Shown here: one piece after another, positions 20,296 through 30,014 of the stretch
Numbering within the stretch: position 1 is the first letter of the stretch
Layout of the letters: each line of letters opens with the position of its first letter
DNA from: Elainellaceae cyanobacterium
GTDB lineage: Bacteria; Cyanobacteriota; Cyanobacteriia; CAZCXK01
Direction of reading: 5' to 3'
NCBI GenBank assembly: GCA_051117555.1
Contig: JBNPEG010000013.1
Span: 32,001-96,000 of the forward strand
Length of the DNA: 64,000 nucleotides
Made by a program: the position numbers and the translations under genes
Notes under the pieces: generated by a model
The model's input: the letters and a program-made list of their open reading frames with translations, nothing else
Told to the model about the DNA's origin: nothing
The model's database searches: none

Positions 20296-20408
20296 TCGAT
20301 TTTTTTTCTCGATTTTTTTCTCGATTTTAGATTCTTCAATGCCCAAACGCCTTAAATCTTGAATAGCCTACATTGCTCAGCCAAAAGATTGCTCAGCCAA
20401 AAGATTGC
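20296..20408. repeat. Short tandem duplications in the exbB-exbD spacer
   Basis: Three copies of CTCGATTTT(T)n, and ATTGCTCAGCCAAAAG repeated twice with a partial third copy. Confidence 0.8.
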
Positions 20409-21062
20409 CTAAGTGTTGGATGGTTCTTTGCTCCGACTCCGGCTAGACCAATTTTTGCGATATAAGAGCTCTAACTCATTTCCAGACTGTCTAAATAACT
20501 TAACCTGACCTGATACGAGTCCTTGAAACAAGCGATAAAACACCAAAGTGACAATCGCAACGATGAGACCTGCCGCAGTGCTGATCAACGCCTCTGCAAT
20601 TCCTAATGTTACGCCTGCTGTCGACGACGTTCCTAAATCACCCAATCGAATAGAGCCCAGAGAGTTAATCAGTCCCAAAACCGTCCCCAATAGACCTAGG
20701 AGAGGAGATAGCGCAATAACTGCTTCTAAGATCTTGTCACCGCGCCGCATTGTTGCTAATTCTTCATCGGCGGCAGTCTGTAAGGCGAGCTGGAAAATTT
20801 CAGGTTCGGGGTCGTCTAACTCTAGAGCCGAATATAGAAATCTCCCGATGGGCTGATCCCCGGATTTTCGCGCGATCTCGGTCGCTGCACTCCACTCTCG
20901 ACGAGCTGCCTCCAAGATGCGCCCGACGATTTCACGCTCGCGAGTGAGAATCTTCGACCAAAACCAAACTCGTTCGATAATGGTGCTTAACGCCAAAACC
21001 GATAGGATGAGCAGGGGCACCATAGCGATGCCACCCCTAGTAAATAACTCAATGATGTTCAC
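20409..21062 (-). CDS. exbB: MotA/TolQ/ExbB proton channel protein
   Basis: [14 protein letters not shown] and [17 protein letters not shown] motifs; likely start GTG at 21062. Confidence 0.93.
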   Translation of the reverse strand: MNIIELFTRGGIAMVPLLILSVLALSTIIERVWFWSKILTREREIVGRILEAARREWSAATEIARKSGDQPIGRFLYSALELDDPEPEIFQLALQTAADEELATMRRGDKILEAVIALSPLLGLLGTVLGLINSLGSIRLGDLGTSSTAGVTLGIAEALISTAAGLIVAIVTLVFYRLFQGLVSGQVKLFRQSGNELELLYRKNWSSRSRSKEPSNT

Positions 21063-21382
21063 AGCGTGTCTTTTCCTCCGTACATGCTCGCAGCACTCCA
21101 AGCTACTCAATTCGTTAGGTCACATTCATGATTCAATCAACCATCTTATTGGAGAAGCTTGACATACTGCTCAATCTTTATAGCGGAATCTTTAATGTCC
21201 TTATTAGAGTTCTAGGCTTTATATGCGGCATCCGAAAACTAAACTCGTGAGGTTAAAATTTCTGAAGCTTCATCAAAATGAGGCTCGGTTCTACTGGGAT
21301 GATAGACCATCACCATTCAAATGTTCATTCCCTGGGATTCAATCCATTCGCTAGAGTTGAGATGTAGACGGAGGACGCTCAT

Positions 21383-21691
21383 ATGCAACTATTTGGCTGG
21401 TATCGCCACCTCATTCGTAATCCTCGTTATCGGTGGTGGATGATTATAGGTAGCTTGATCTATCTGCTAAGCCCCCTCGATATTTCTCCTGATCTACTTC
21501 CAATCGTTGGTCAAGTTGATGATGTCGTGGTTATGACGTTGCTGTTTTCTGAGGTGTTCCGTCTGGTTCTAAACCGAGGACAGATTGTAGAGGGCGATCG
21601 CTCTAGTGAGCAAAATCCGAATCGCACCTCATATCAAAGTGCTGAAGACGACGTCAAAACGGTCGATGTGAAAGCGGTTTCAATGGACTAA
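21383..21691 (+). CDS. YkvA/DUF1232 family membrane protein
   Basis: YLLSPLDISPDLLPIVGQVDD motif; GGAGG RBS upstream. Confidence 0.9.
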   Translation: MQLFGWYRHLIRNPRYRWWMIIGSLIYLLSPLDISPDLLPIVGQVDDVVVMTLLFSEVFRLVLNRGQIVEGDRSSEQNPNRTSYQSAEDDVKTVDVKAVSMD

Positions 21692-21792
21692 ATCGTGTTT
21701 ATGTATTCCCACTTCTAATCCGCGTCCGTAGTATTAGGGAAATGCCGCATTAGAATAAGAAGAATGTTCGATAAGAGTTTTGCAAGATTTTT

Positions 21793-22881
21793 ATGTCAGT
21801 TTTAGCGCCAATTGCCGTTCTTGCACTGTTGATTGTGGTTCACGAGTTGGGGCATTTCATGGCAGCCCGGCTCCAAGGAATTCACGTCAACCGGTTTTCG
21901 ATTGGGTTTGGGCCTGTCCTTTGGAAATATCAAGGCATTGAAACCGAATACGCGGTTCGCGCCATCCCACTGGGCGGGTTTGTTGGGTTTCCTGACGACG
22001 ATCCAGATAGTGAAATTCCAGATAATGACCCAGACTTACTGAGAAACCGTCCTATTCTAGACCGGGCGATCGTAATCAGTGCGGGAGTCATTGCAAATCT
22101 TCTGTTTGCATACCTCGTATTTGTGGCTCAATTTGGTGCGTTGGGGGTGCCGCAAGCGTCTGAACCGGGTGTCTTAATTCCACAGCTTGCATCGGAGATT
22201 AATAGCGTTGCAGCAGAAGCAGGAATTGAGCCCGGAGATGTTGTGCTCAGCGCCAATGGCAACCCCTTTGATCAGTCTCTTGATGTCATCGAAGATTTCA
22301 AGACTACGATTGAGCAGAACGCGGGCAACCCGATTCGGCTTGGCATTCAACGAGATGATGAACGCCTATCTATTACTATTGTTCCTCGTGAGAGTGCTGA
22401 CGGTCGCGGACAAATTGGCGTTGGGCTAAGCCATAACGGAACGATTGAATTTCGACGAGCAAGTAGCATTCTAGAAGTGTTCACGTTGGCAGCAAACGAA
22501 TTTCAGAATATTTTTGTGGCCATCTTGCAGGGATTCAAGACGCTGATAACAAACTTCTCTGAGGTTGCGGGTCAAGTTGCAGGACCAGTTGGTATCGTCG
22601 ACCAGGGTGCCAAGTTTGCTCGTGCTGACATTACCAGTCTATTTCCGTTTACGGCTGCAATTAGTATTAACCTAGCAATCATTAATATCTTGCCTCTTCC
22701 TGCTCTTGACGGGGGGCAGCTCACCTTCCTGTTAATTGAAGGGCTTCGAGGTAAGCCTCTCCCCAATCGCATTCAGGAAAATGTTATGCAGACTGGCATT
22801 GTTCTATTGCTTGGTTTGGGGGTCTTACTCATTGTTCGGGATACGACTCAGTTAGATGTGTTTCAAAATATTTTTCGGTGA
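21793..22881 (+). CDS. rseP: RIP metalloprotease RseP (M50, with PDZ domain)
   Basis: HELGH, FSIGFGP, PDZ domain and NILPLPALDGG motifs. Confidence 0.95.
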   Translation: MSVLAPIAVLALLIVVHELGHFMAARLQGIHVNRFSIGFGPVLWKYQGIETEYAVRAIPLGGFVGFPDDDPDSEIPDNDPDLLRNRPILDRAIVISAGVIANLLFAYLVFVAQFGALGVPQASEPGVLIPQLASEINSVAAEAGIEPGDVVLSANGNPFDQSLDVIEDFKTTIEQNAGNPIRLGIQRDDERLSITIVPRESADGRGQIGVGLSHNGTIEFRRASSILEVFTLAANEFQNIFVAILQGFKTLITNFSEVAGQVAGPVGIVDQGAKFARADITSLFPFTAAISINLAIINILPLPALDGGQLTFLLIEGLRGKPLPNRIQENVMQTGIVLLLGLGVLLIVRDTTQLDVFQNIFR

Positions 22882-23576
22882 GCACCCGTAAGTTGCCTGC
22901 TAAAAAACAGCGATCGCTGGAGATTTTAGTCCGGCTCAAGCGCACCTATCCGGATGCGACCTGCTCATTGACGTATCACACTCCGGTTCAGTTGTTGATT
23001 GCGACCATGCTGTCAGCTCAATGCACGGATGAGCGAGTCAATCAAGTGACGCCAGAGCTGTTTCGTCGGTTTCCAGATGCCGAGGCGATCGCCAGTTCTG
23101 ATCTCAGCGACATCGAAACTCTGGTTCGCTCGACAGGGTTTTACCGAAATAAATCGAAGAATATTCAAGCCACGTGCCGTATGCTGGTCTCCGAGTTTGG
23201 GGGAGACGTGCCAATGCTCATGGACGACTTGCTCAAGCTGCCAGGAGTTGCCCGTAAAACAGCCAATGTAGTCTTAGCTAATGCCTATGGCATCAATGCC
23301 GGAGTAACCGTTGATACTCATGTTAAGCGACTGAGTACTCGGTTGGGCTTAACCAAGCAGACCGATCCGGTTCGTATCGAGCGAGACTTGATGAAACTGC
23401 TACCGCAGCCTGATTGGGAGAATTGGTCAATTCGCTTGATTTATCACGGTCGTGCCGTTTGCACCGCTCGAAATCCGGCGTGCGATCGCTGCATCTTGGC
23501 AGATTTATGCCCGTCTGTTGATGTGTCAAAAATTTCGCCGTCTGCGCCTCCAGCAATCACCTTTTCTCAATCCTAA
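22878..23576 (+). CDS. nth: Endonuclease III
   Basis: LSAQCTD, HhH motif LPGVARKTANVV, VDTHV and the C-x6-C-x2-C-x5-C Fe-S cluster; overlaps the rseP stop. Confidence 0.97.
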   Translation: MSTRKLPAKKQRSLEILVRLKRTYPDATCSLTYHTPVQLLIATMLSAQCTDERVNQVTPELFRRFPDAEAIASSDLSDIETLVRSTGFYRNKSKNIQATCRMLVSEFGGDVPMLMDDLLKLPGVARKTANVVLANAYGINAGVTVDTHVKRLSTRLGLTKQTDPVRIERDLMKLLPQPDWENWSIRLIYHGRAVCTARNPACDRCILADLCPSVDVSKISPSAPPAITFSQS

Positions 23577-23761
23577 AATTTATACTGAGGGGGCTCAAAG
23601 CTCCGTATATCAAGGATTAGAATTGACAAACGAGCAGCATGTCTCCAGTGGTCTTACAAAATGGTCTTACAATAGGCGGATGGCGATCGCTCAAAGTTTC
23701 GCTATTATAAGAAATGCTGTCTAAATTTCCGAATTGCTGTCCATAGTTGGGAACGGAGTCC

Positions 23762-24064
23762 ATGGCTAAGAAAAGTATGATCGCGCGGGACGAAAAGCGC
23801 AAAAAAATTGTCAAAAAGTATGCGCAGAAGCGCAGCGAGCTAAAAGAACAATTTGCAAACGCTGCGTCCCAGCAAGAAAAGTTAGAAATTCATCGTAAAA
23901 TTCAGCAGTTGCCGCGTAATAGCGCTCCGAGCCGAGTTCGCAATCGTTGCTGGCTAACGGGTCGTTCTAGAGGATATTATCGCGACTTTGGATTGTGCCG
24001 AAATGCGCTACGTGAAATGGCTCATCAAGGTTTGCTTCCGGGTGTTGTAAAGTCAAGTTGGTAA
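23762..24064 (+). CDS. rpsN: 30S ribosomal protein S14 (long, zinc-free type)
   Basis: MAKKSMIAR...[51 protein letters not shown] at 23762. Confidence 0.98.
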   Translation: MAKKSMIARDEKRKKIVKKYAQKRSELKEQFANAASQQEKLEIHRKIQQLPRNSAPSRVRNRCWLTGRSRGYYRDFGLCRNALREMAHQGLLPGVVKSSW

Positions 24065-24183
24065 ATCATGGAAGCGATTGCTGATACCGGTTGCCGGTAG
24101 TATAGATTGGGCTTGTGCCCTGCTTGATGCGGCACTTGATTTTATTCGCTCAATCGTTTCGCTCAGTCGACATCATTTTTTTA

Positions 24184-24223
24184 ATTGAGCCCATGTGCCC
24201 CGATATCGGCATGTGGGCTCAAT
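24184..24223 (+). terminator. Strong stem-loop downstream of rpsN
   Basis: ATTGAGCCCATGTGCC / GGCATGTGGGCTCAAT form a 16-bp stem with two G-U pairs on the + strand; no U-tail follows. Confidence 0.5.
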
Positions 24224-24484
24224 GAGTAGACATCCCTCTCCCATCGTGTCAGTCAAAGAATATCTGAAACGCCGAAAATTTGTTGTTGGGCAATGCTCAG
24301 TTGAATCTACGGGAATTGAACTTCAAGCGTGAAATTAGTTGTGAAGTTTCTATTCTCTATTCGGGTTAAAACAGGGCTATAACGACTCGGATGCGCGTTA
24401 AGCGTATCTGCGAGAAGGAGGGACATACTGTGTCTACATCTCGGCACTCAACTCAAGAGCGTGTCGGTATAATCCGGTAATTTT

Positions 24485-24820
24485 TTACTGCCCACAGCAG
24501 CGATCAATCCCAAGGCTATCTAGCAGGAGATCGCTGACTGCATTGGCGACAGCAAACTCGCTGTAGAAGCTTTTCGAGAAATCAAACGCTTGCATCTCAG
24601 TTAGAATTGCAATCACAAGAGCACCGACGTCATTCTCGCCCTCTAGGCGCTGGCGGATAAAGACTTGAGACGCTTGATGTGCGATCTTTTGATTGACAGG
24701 TTCTGGAAGAAATTCACGATCGAGCCAGGTATGAAGCGCGTCTCGAAGCCATACTCCCTCTTGATGAGCGTCTTTGGGAGGCGGCAAGGTGATGGGAGGA
24801 ATCGGTTCAGACATTGGCAT
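24485..24820 (-). CDS. Conserved hypothetical protein
   Basis: 111 aa with WLD.EFLPE.VN..IA and FDF..SFYSEFAVANAVSDLL, typical of a cyanobacterial/plastid family. Confidence 0.8.
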   Translation of the reverse strand: MPMSEPIPPITLPPPKDAHQEGVWLRDALHTWLDREFLPEPVNQKIAHQASQVFIRQRLEGENDVGALVIAILTEMQAFDFSKSFYSEFAVANAVSDLLLDSLGIDRCCGQ

Positions 24821-24965
24821 CTAATCGATTAAAATATCTTCTACACGCGGCTTGGCGATCGCAAGCACTGTAGTCAAGTTTTCAGGTACGGTATCTAGGA
24901 ACTGTACTATCACTATACAACTCATAGACGAGCCTCTCCAGTTCCTGGTTTTTTAACAGAGCCAT

Positions 24966-25544
24966 ATGCAATTTAATGTTCCTGCTATCGTCGAAGGATA
25001 CGCTCAAGGCTACTTCTTGATGGCTGACGAAAGCGGCACGCAACTGAGCTGGTATTCGAGCCGAGAAAGAGCCCTCATTCCGCTCGACCATCGGTTTCGA
25101 TATCCGCGATCGCTCCAGCGTGTCCTGAATCAAGACCGCTTCACCGTTGCCGTCAACCGTGACTTCGAGGCGGTCATAGACGGCTGTGCCAATCGAGATA
25201 CAACCTGGATTTCGTCCGAACTTAAGGAAATCTACAAGGCACTTTATCGAACGGGTTGGGCCTATAGCTTTGAGACGTGGCAAGGCGACGAGCTAGCAGG
25301 GGGGATTTTAGGGCTAGTGATTGGGGGTGCATTTATCGGTGAGTCGATGTTCTATCGAATTCCGGACGGGTCTAAGGTGGCGATGGTCAAGTTGGTTGAG
25401 CGGCTGCGATCGCGCCAGTTTGTCTTATTCGATGCTCAGATGAATAATCCTCATCTTAAGCGATTTGGGGCGTATATCATGGCAAATGAAGAGTATCAGC
25501 GACTGCTAGAAAAAGCAGTACAGCGACGATGTACTATCAAATAA
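24966..25544 (+). CDS. aat: Leucyl/phenylalanyl-tRNA-protein transferase
   Basis: [39 protein letters not shown] and DAQM.NPHL..FGA motifs. Confidence 0.95.
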   Translation: MQFNVPAIVEGYAQGYFLMADESGTQLSWYSSRERALIPLDHRFRYPRSLQRVLNQDRFTVAVNRDFEAVIDGCANRDTTWISSELKEIYKALYRTGWAYSFETWQGDELAGGILGLVIGGAFIGESMFYRIPDGSKVAMVKLVERLRSRQFVLFDAQMNNPHLKRFGAYIMANEEYQRLLEKAVQRRCTIK

Positions 25545-25609
25545 ACTTTCTCAAATCAAGAGCGCGTGTTTGTGTTTAATCCCGTTTGCACACCGCTCTA
25601 TTGTTAGTA

Positions 25610-26518
25610 TTAGCGCACTGCAAACCGACGCACTGCTAGCAAACTGCCCATTAACCCCACCGATCCTCCGAGAGCAAGCAATGTTAGCGGAAGTAAAATC
25701 GTTTGTTGGGGCGTTAATCTTAGACCATCGGCAAGAAATTGAATGAAATCAGGCTGCTGAGTCACTAATCGGCTTACAAATCGTTGAATGCCGATGATAA
25801 ATCCCCACGAAATCATAGCGCCTGCAAGACCAAAGGTGATGCCTTGAAGAATGAATGGAAAATAAATCCAGAGGGCTGTAGCTCCAACAAGCTGCATTAC
25901 TTCGATTTCACGCCGTCGAGCCATCACAATCAGTCGAATTGTAGTAGTGATCACGGCGATCGCTGTTAACGTGAGGACGGTCGTAATGATAAAGCTGACC
26001 CAATTAAGCCCCTGGTTAAGTTGGGCAATCCGTCTGACGGCTTCATCTACATATTGCACATCATCGACGCCTTGCATCTGTCTCATCTTTTCTGCTAAGG
26101 CAGGCACGACCTCTGAATTAGATGCTTTGACTTTCAGCTCATCCACTAAGGGGTTGCCATTAAGTTGCTGTGTTGCCCCTGGAATATCAGAGAGGCCCAT
26201 ATCATGAATCAATTCTTCCCATGCCTTTTCCTTAGAAACTGCGGTGACGGCTGTAACTTCTGGCATTGATTCGACAAATGGCTGCAAATTTTCGGCTCGC
26301 ACTCCCGCATCTAAATAGACCGATACCTCAAGCTGGCTGCCAAACTGGTTTAGGAGTTGCTCAAGTTGCCAGGAGGCGTGCAGGCTGATTCCAAATAGAA
26401 ATAAAAGCACCGTTACCGTGCTCACGGCTGCCCAGTTCATCCATCCGCCCCGCTTTAGACCCAGTAATGTCTCTCGAAGCAAATAGTCGGCTTTCGTGAT
26501 AAATTCTAGCAACCGCAC
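25610..26518 (-). CDS. ftsX: Cell division permease FtsX
   Basis: Four TM helices; NPL, I.TTIRL...ARRREIEVMQLVGAT...I..PF..QG motifs. Confidence 0.93.
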   Translation of the reverse strand: MRLLEFITKADYLLRETLLGLKRGGWMNWAAVSTVTVLLFLFGISLHASWQLEQLLNQFGSQLEVSVYLDAGVRAENLQPFVESMPEVTAVTAVSKEKAWEELIHDMGLSDIPGATQQLNGNPLVDELKVKASNSEVVPALAEKMRQMQGVDDVQYVDEAVRRIAQLNQGLNWVSFIITTVLTLTAIAVITTTIRLIVMARRREIEVMQLVGATALWIYFPFILQGITFGLAGAMISWGFIIGIQRFVSRLVTQQPDFIQFLADGLRLTPQQTILLPLTLLALGGSVGLMGSLLAVRRFAVR

Positions 26519-26765
26519 ACCTCCGTCCTATGACTATTATGACTATACGGTTAAAAATACGGTTAAAAATCAGGACTTATCTTATCTCGCTATTCGCTAA
26601 ATGAACAGACTCATTCAGCCGGTTAACTCAATGCGTGGTTTCTTGCCATTAAAAGGCGAGGCGATCGCATCATTTCGGATACCCACCATAGTCTGAGACG
26701 ACATGATTGACTAATATAGAAATACATCACACGTTTAATTGCTGCTGTTCATCAATACAAGCTCT

Positions 26766-27332
26766 ATGACTTCTCAAATTCTGGTTGAAAAGAAAAAGCT
26801 GGCCAAGCCTCCATTAGAGCTACATTATCTGGGCGATCGCTTACTGCGCCAGCCGACAAAGCGCATTGCTAAAGTTGATGATGACGCACGGCAGCTAGCT
26901 CGTGATATGTTGCAAACGATGTATAGCGAAGATGGCATTGGTTTAGCAGCGCCCCAGATTGGCATCAATAAGCAGATGCTAGTCGTTGATTGCGAGCCTG
27001 ATAACTCGGCAAATCCGCCGTTGGTTTTAATTAATCCGGTAATTCGCAAATCCAGTCGAGACGTGTGCGTTATCCAAGAAGGCTGTCTCAGCATTCCAGG
27101 CGTTTTTCTAGATGTGACACGCCCTGAGGTTATTGAGGTTGCCTATAAAGATGAAAGCGGTCGCCCTAAACGGTTGACGGTCAATGGGTTGCTTGCCCGC
27201 GTGATTCAGCATGAAATTGACCATCTAAACGGGGTTATGTTTGTAGATCGAGTCGACAATGCTCTAGCCCTCAATCAGGAACTGGCAAAACACGGATTTT
27301 CGGTTGAAGCCGTAAAGCCATTTGAAGGCTAA
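26766..27332 (+). CDS. def: Peptide deformylase
   Basis: GIGLAAPQIG, EGCLS and QHEIDHLNG motifs; ATG at 26766. Confidence 0.97.
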   Translation: MTSQILVEKKKLAKPPLELHYLGDRLLRQPTKRIAKVDDDARQLARDMLQTMYSEDGIGLAAPQIGINKQMLVVDCEPDNSANPPLVLINPVIRKSSRDVCVIQEGCLSIPGVFLDVTRPEVIEVAYKDESGRPKRLTVNGLLARVIQHEIDHLNGVMFVDRVDNALALNQELAKHGFSVEAVKPFEG

Positions 27333-27497
27333 ATTTGAACTTGATTGATCTGAGGTGTTGACGTCTCGGCTTTGTTGGTTAAGCTAGTTAAGGCGATTCA
27401 AGTTTAAGAATGCTCATGATAGGCAGGGAAGATTCTTCTCCTGCCGTATGAGTGTGATTCTCACTGATTACACTACATTGCATAAGGCTGGCTGTTT

Positions 27498-27692
27498 GTG
27501 ACCCCTAAAAGCGGTTTGTTTCTCGCAGGCTCTTGTATAATGGCGATCGCCGCCGTCGGTTCAGTCTTTGAACTCTCCTCTGGAACACCACAGCTCGGCA
27601 GCTCGATTACAACTGTAATTTTGATTCTAAGTATTCCGTTGGCTGGCATTCTTTTTTATGCGGCTGTGCGAGATGCACGCGCGAATCAGTGA
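27498..27692 (+). CDS. Small two-TM conserved membrane protein
   Basis: 64 aa with two hydrophobic helices (AIAAVGSVFEL..G.P.LG); GTG start; located after def. Confidence 0.75.
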   Translation: MTPKSGLFLAGSCIMAIAAVGSVFELSSGTPQLGSSITTVILILSIPLAGILFYAAVRDARANQ

Positions 27693-27822
27693 GCGTGAAT
27701 ATTAGTCATAATCTGAAGTTCCTTGCTTATTACTAGCAATATCGTCCTGGGTGCTACTCCGCATCTAACGTTGCCGGTTTGCTGTTCATTCTGCTCACAT
27801 CCTCGCTACGGCATCCTCAACG

Positions 27823-29217
27823 ATGACCGAACCTTATCATCAAACTACAGCTTTGCTTTGGCGGCTTTTCCCCGGGAGCCGAAAGCGATCAGAATACCAC
27901 CATCTATCATCTGATAGAGAGTTTACGGTGGGACGCGACCCTCGATGTGATGTAACCTTCGATTACTTGATTCATAGCGAGGTGTCTCGTCAACACCTAA
28001 AAATTTGCTCCTTGCCCAACGCTTTCGGACTGTGGCAAGTTTGTGATCTCAACAGTTCAAATGGCACGTATGTTAATGGCGAGCGCGTGCGTGATTGCCG
28101 TATTTTGAATCACGGCGATATTATTTCACTCGGTCGTCGAGGTCCTCAATTTATCTTTGAATTGCAGTTTTATCAACCGTTTCAGCAAGACCCTTCCCAT
28201 TTTCTTGACTCTCCTGAACTGACCACAAAAGCATCGACAAGCCGTGCTATCTCTCGATCTGGATCACGTCCATCTAATCCGTTTAACGCGACTGACCCCG
28301 CAACTCTAACTCAGCTCTTCCCTATCATTTCTACAGGGCGCGAGCTGGCGCAAAAAGCTCACTTGATACCGGTCATCATTACCATTTCGTTTGTTGTTCT
28401 GATGTTTGCCGCTGTGGGTCAGACAGAATGGTTTAACTTTTTGTTAGCAGCCTACATATCAGGGGCTGCTTATTATTTTGTGTATCGTCTTTGCGATAAG
28501 CGAAAGCCATGGTGGCTCATTGTCGCGTCAGCAACGATAACCGCGCTTTTATTGGTCAGCCCACTTCTTCAAGGATTTTTGTGGTTTTTTCGAGGAGTAT
28601 TACCTGGGCAACCTCAAAGCGATTCAACCTCAGTTAATCTCATCAGCTTAGTGTTCCAAATGTTCATTGGAGCTGGGCTGATGGAAGAACTCATTAAGGC
28701 AATTCCGGTGCTCTTGGCCTATGTGATTGGGATGACTGTAAAGTCAACTCATCGTCAAGAGCAAATTGGGATTCGTGAACCTTTAGACGGTATTTTGCTA
28801 GGTACAGCCTCGGCAATCGGTTTTACACTAGTCGAGACGTTGGGTCAATACATTCCTGCTATGGTCAACAGTGTCGCAGCGGGAGGGGAGACAGGAGATC
28901 TGATGGGACTACAACTTCTGATTCCTCGCATTCTTGGCTCAGTCTCAGGGCACATGGCATATAGCGGGTACTTCGGTTATTTCATTGGGCTGAGCGCATT
29001 TAAACCCCGCCAACGATGGAAAATTTTAGGCATTGGCTATTTAAGCTCATCGGTCTTGCATGCCCTCTGGAATGTGATGGGGTTCATTAACCCCATCGTT
29101 TTAGCTTTAGTAGGCGTGCTTTCATATGCATTTTTAGGCGCAGCCATTCTTAAAGCTAGAACGTTTTCTTTACATGAGTCGCAGCAAGGGGATAGTCACT
29201 CTACACACATGCCTTAA
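27823..29217 (+). CDS. FHA-domain PrsW-family intramembrane glutamic protease
   Basis: N-terminal FHA domain (VGRD, VSRQH, DLNSSNGTYVNG). PrsW motifs EELIK, GFTLVE, GHMAYSG and LHALWN are all intact. Confidence 0.92.
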   Translation: MTEPYHQTTALLWRLFPGSRKRSEYHHLSSDREFTVGRDPRCDVTFDYLIHSEVSRQHLKICSLPNAFGLWQVCDLNSSNGTYVNGERVRDCRILNHGDIISLGRRGPQFIFELQFYQPFQQDPSHFLDSPELTTKASTSRAISRSGSRPSNPFNATDPATLTQLFPIISTGRELAQKAHLIPVIITISFVVLMFAAVGQTEWFNFLLAAYISGAAYYFVYRLCDKRKPWWLIVASATITALLLVSPLLQGFLWFFRGVLPGQPQSDSTSVNLISLVFQMFIGAGLMEELIKAIPVLLAYVIGMTVKSTHRQEQIGIREPLDGILLGTASAIGFTLVETLGQYIPAMVNSVAAGGETGDLMGLQLLIPRILGSVSGHMAYSGYFGYFIGLSAFKPRQRWKILGIGYLSSSVLHALWNVMGFINPIVLALVGVLSYAFLGAAILKARTFSLHESQQGDSHSTHMP

Positions 29218-29299
29218 CAAGAAAAACGGGATTTAGAGAAAAATGAAATTTAGAAACATCCCTACTGACCCGCGCAATCACAGCATTAGCGATCGCCAC

Positions 29300-29953
29300 T
29301 TACTGCTCTGATGAATTTCTAGCCGGAAGTTGGGCAATGGCATATCGAGCGATCGCCAAACTGAGTCGAGCCTGCTCTACACCCGACAAGTCAGTCCAGG
29401 CGGCATAGCGGACCGATCGAAGCGCAGCTTCGAGTTGATCTGTGTTCGAGCCTCTCATTGAGAACGCCAAGGGACGTGCTAAAACCTGCAAATCATCATC
29501 CCCCCAATTGGGCAATAGATCATTGACACACCGAACAAGCTGTTCTGCTAAGGACAAATTTGCTGTCAATACGCGCTGAGCCTGCTCAGCAATGCTGAGC
29601 AAAACCGGTTGAGGGACTCGAGTCCCGAAGCGGGATACTAGCTCGGTGTGAAGTTCTTGAACTTGCTCAGGCGAGGATGCTGTGTCCCAGATTTGGTCTA
29701 ATTGAGCGAAAAAGCGTTGACTCCGACTTGCGATGTCCTCTGTTGGCCAATCCGAAGCAACAGACTGCTCTAATTCTTCGAAATACGCATCTGCTTCTAC
29801 TTGGCTTGGTTCCCACGGATAGGAAGAATCAACATTAAAGATAAGCTTCACGAGTTCTAGCTCTGCTTCTGCTTGAAATCGAGAAATCGGGGTGTTTGAG
29901 GAATCGCTGTTCATCGGGCTGCTCCTAAAATATGCATCAACCAAACCTGACAT
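29300..29953 (-). CDS. Conserved hypothetical protein, possibly PatU3-like
   Basis: 217 aa helical protein with YPWEP, LSLAEQLVRCV..LLP and W.DLS..EQARLSLAIAR; last gene of the PP2C-CHAT run. Confidence 0.75.
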   Translation of the reverse strand: MSGLVDAYFRSSPMNSDSSNTPISRFQAEAELELVKLIFNVDSSYPWEPSQVEADAYFEELEQSVASDWPTEDIASRSQRFFAQLDQIWDTASSPEQVQELHTELVSRFGTRVPQPVLLSIAEQAQRVLTANLSLAEQLVRCVNDLLPNWGDDDLQVLARPLAFSMRGSNTDQLEAALRSVRYAAWTDLSGVEQARLSLAIARYAIAQLPARNSSEQ

Positions 29954-30014
29954 CAGTAGCTACACCATCGCATTAAAGCGTTCCGTAACTCATACGTAAT
30001 TTACGAAAATTGTT

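Noticed and set aside
19638..21062. exbBD as part of an iron-uptake island
   Set aside because: There is no tonB, TonB-dependent receptor or convincing Fur box nearby; it looks like a housekeeping pair.
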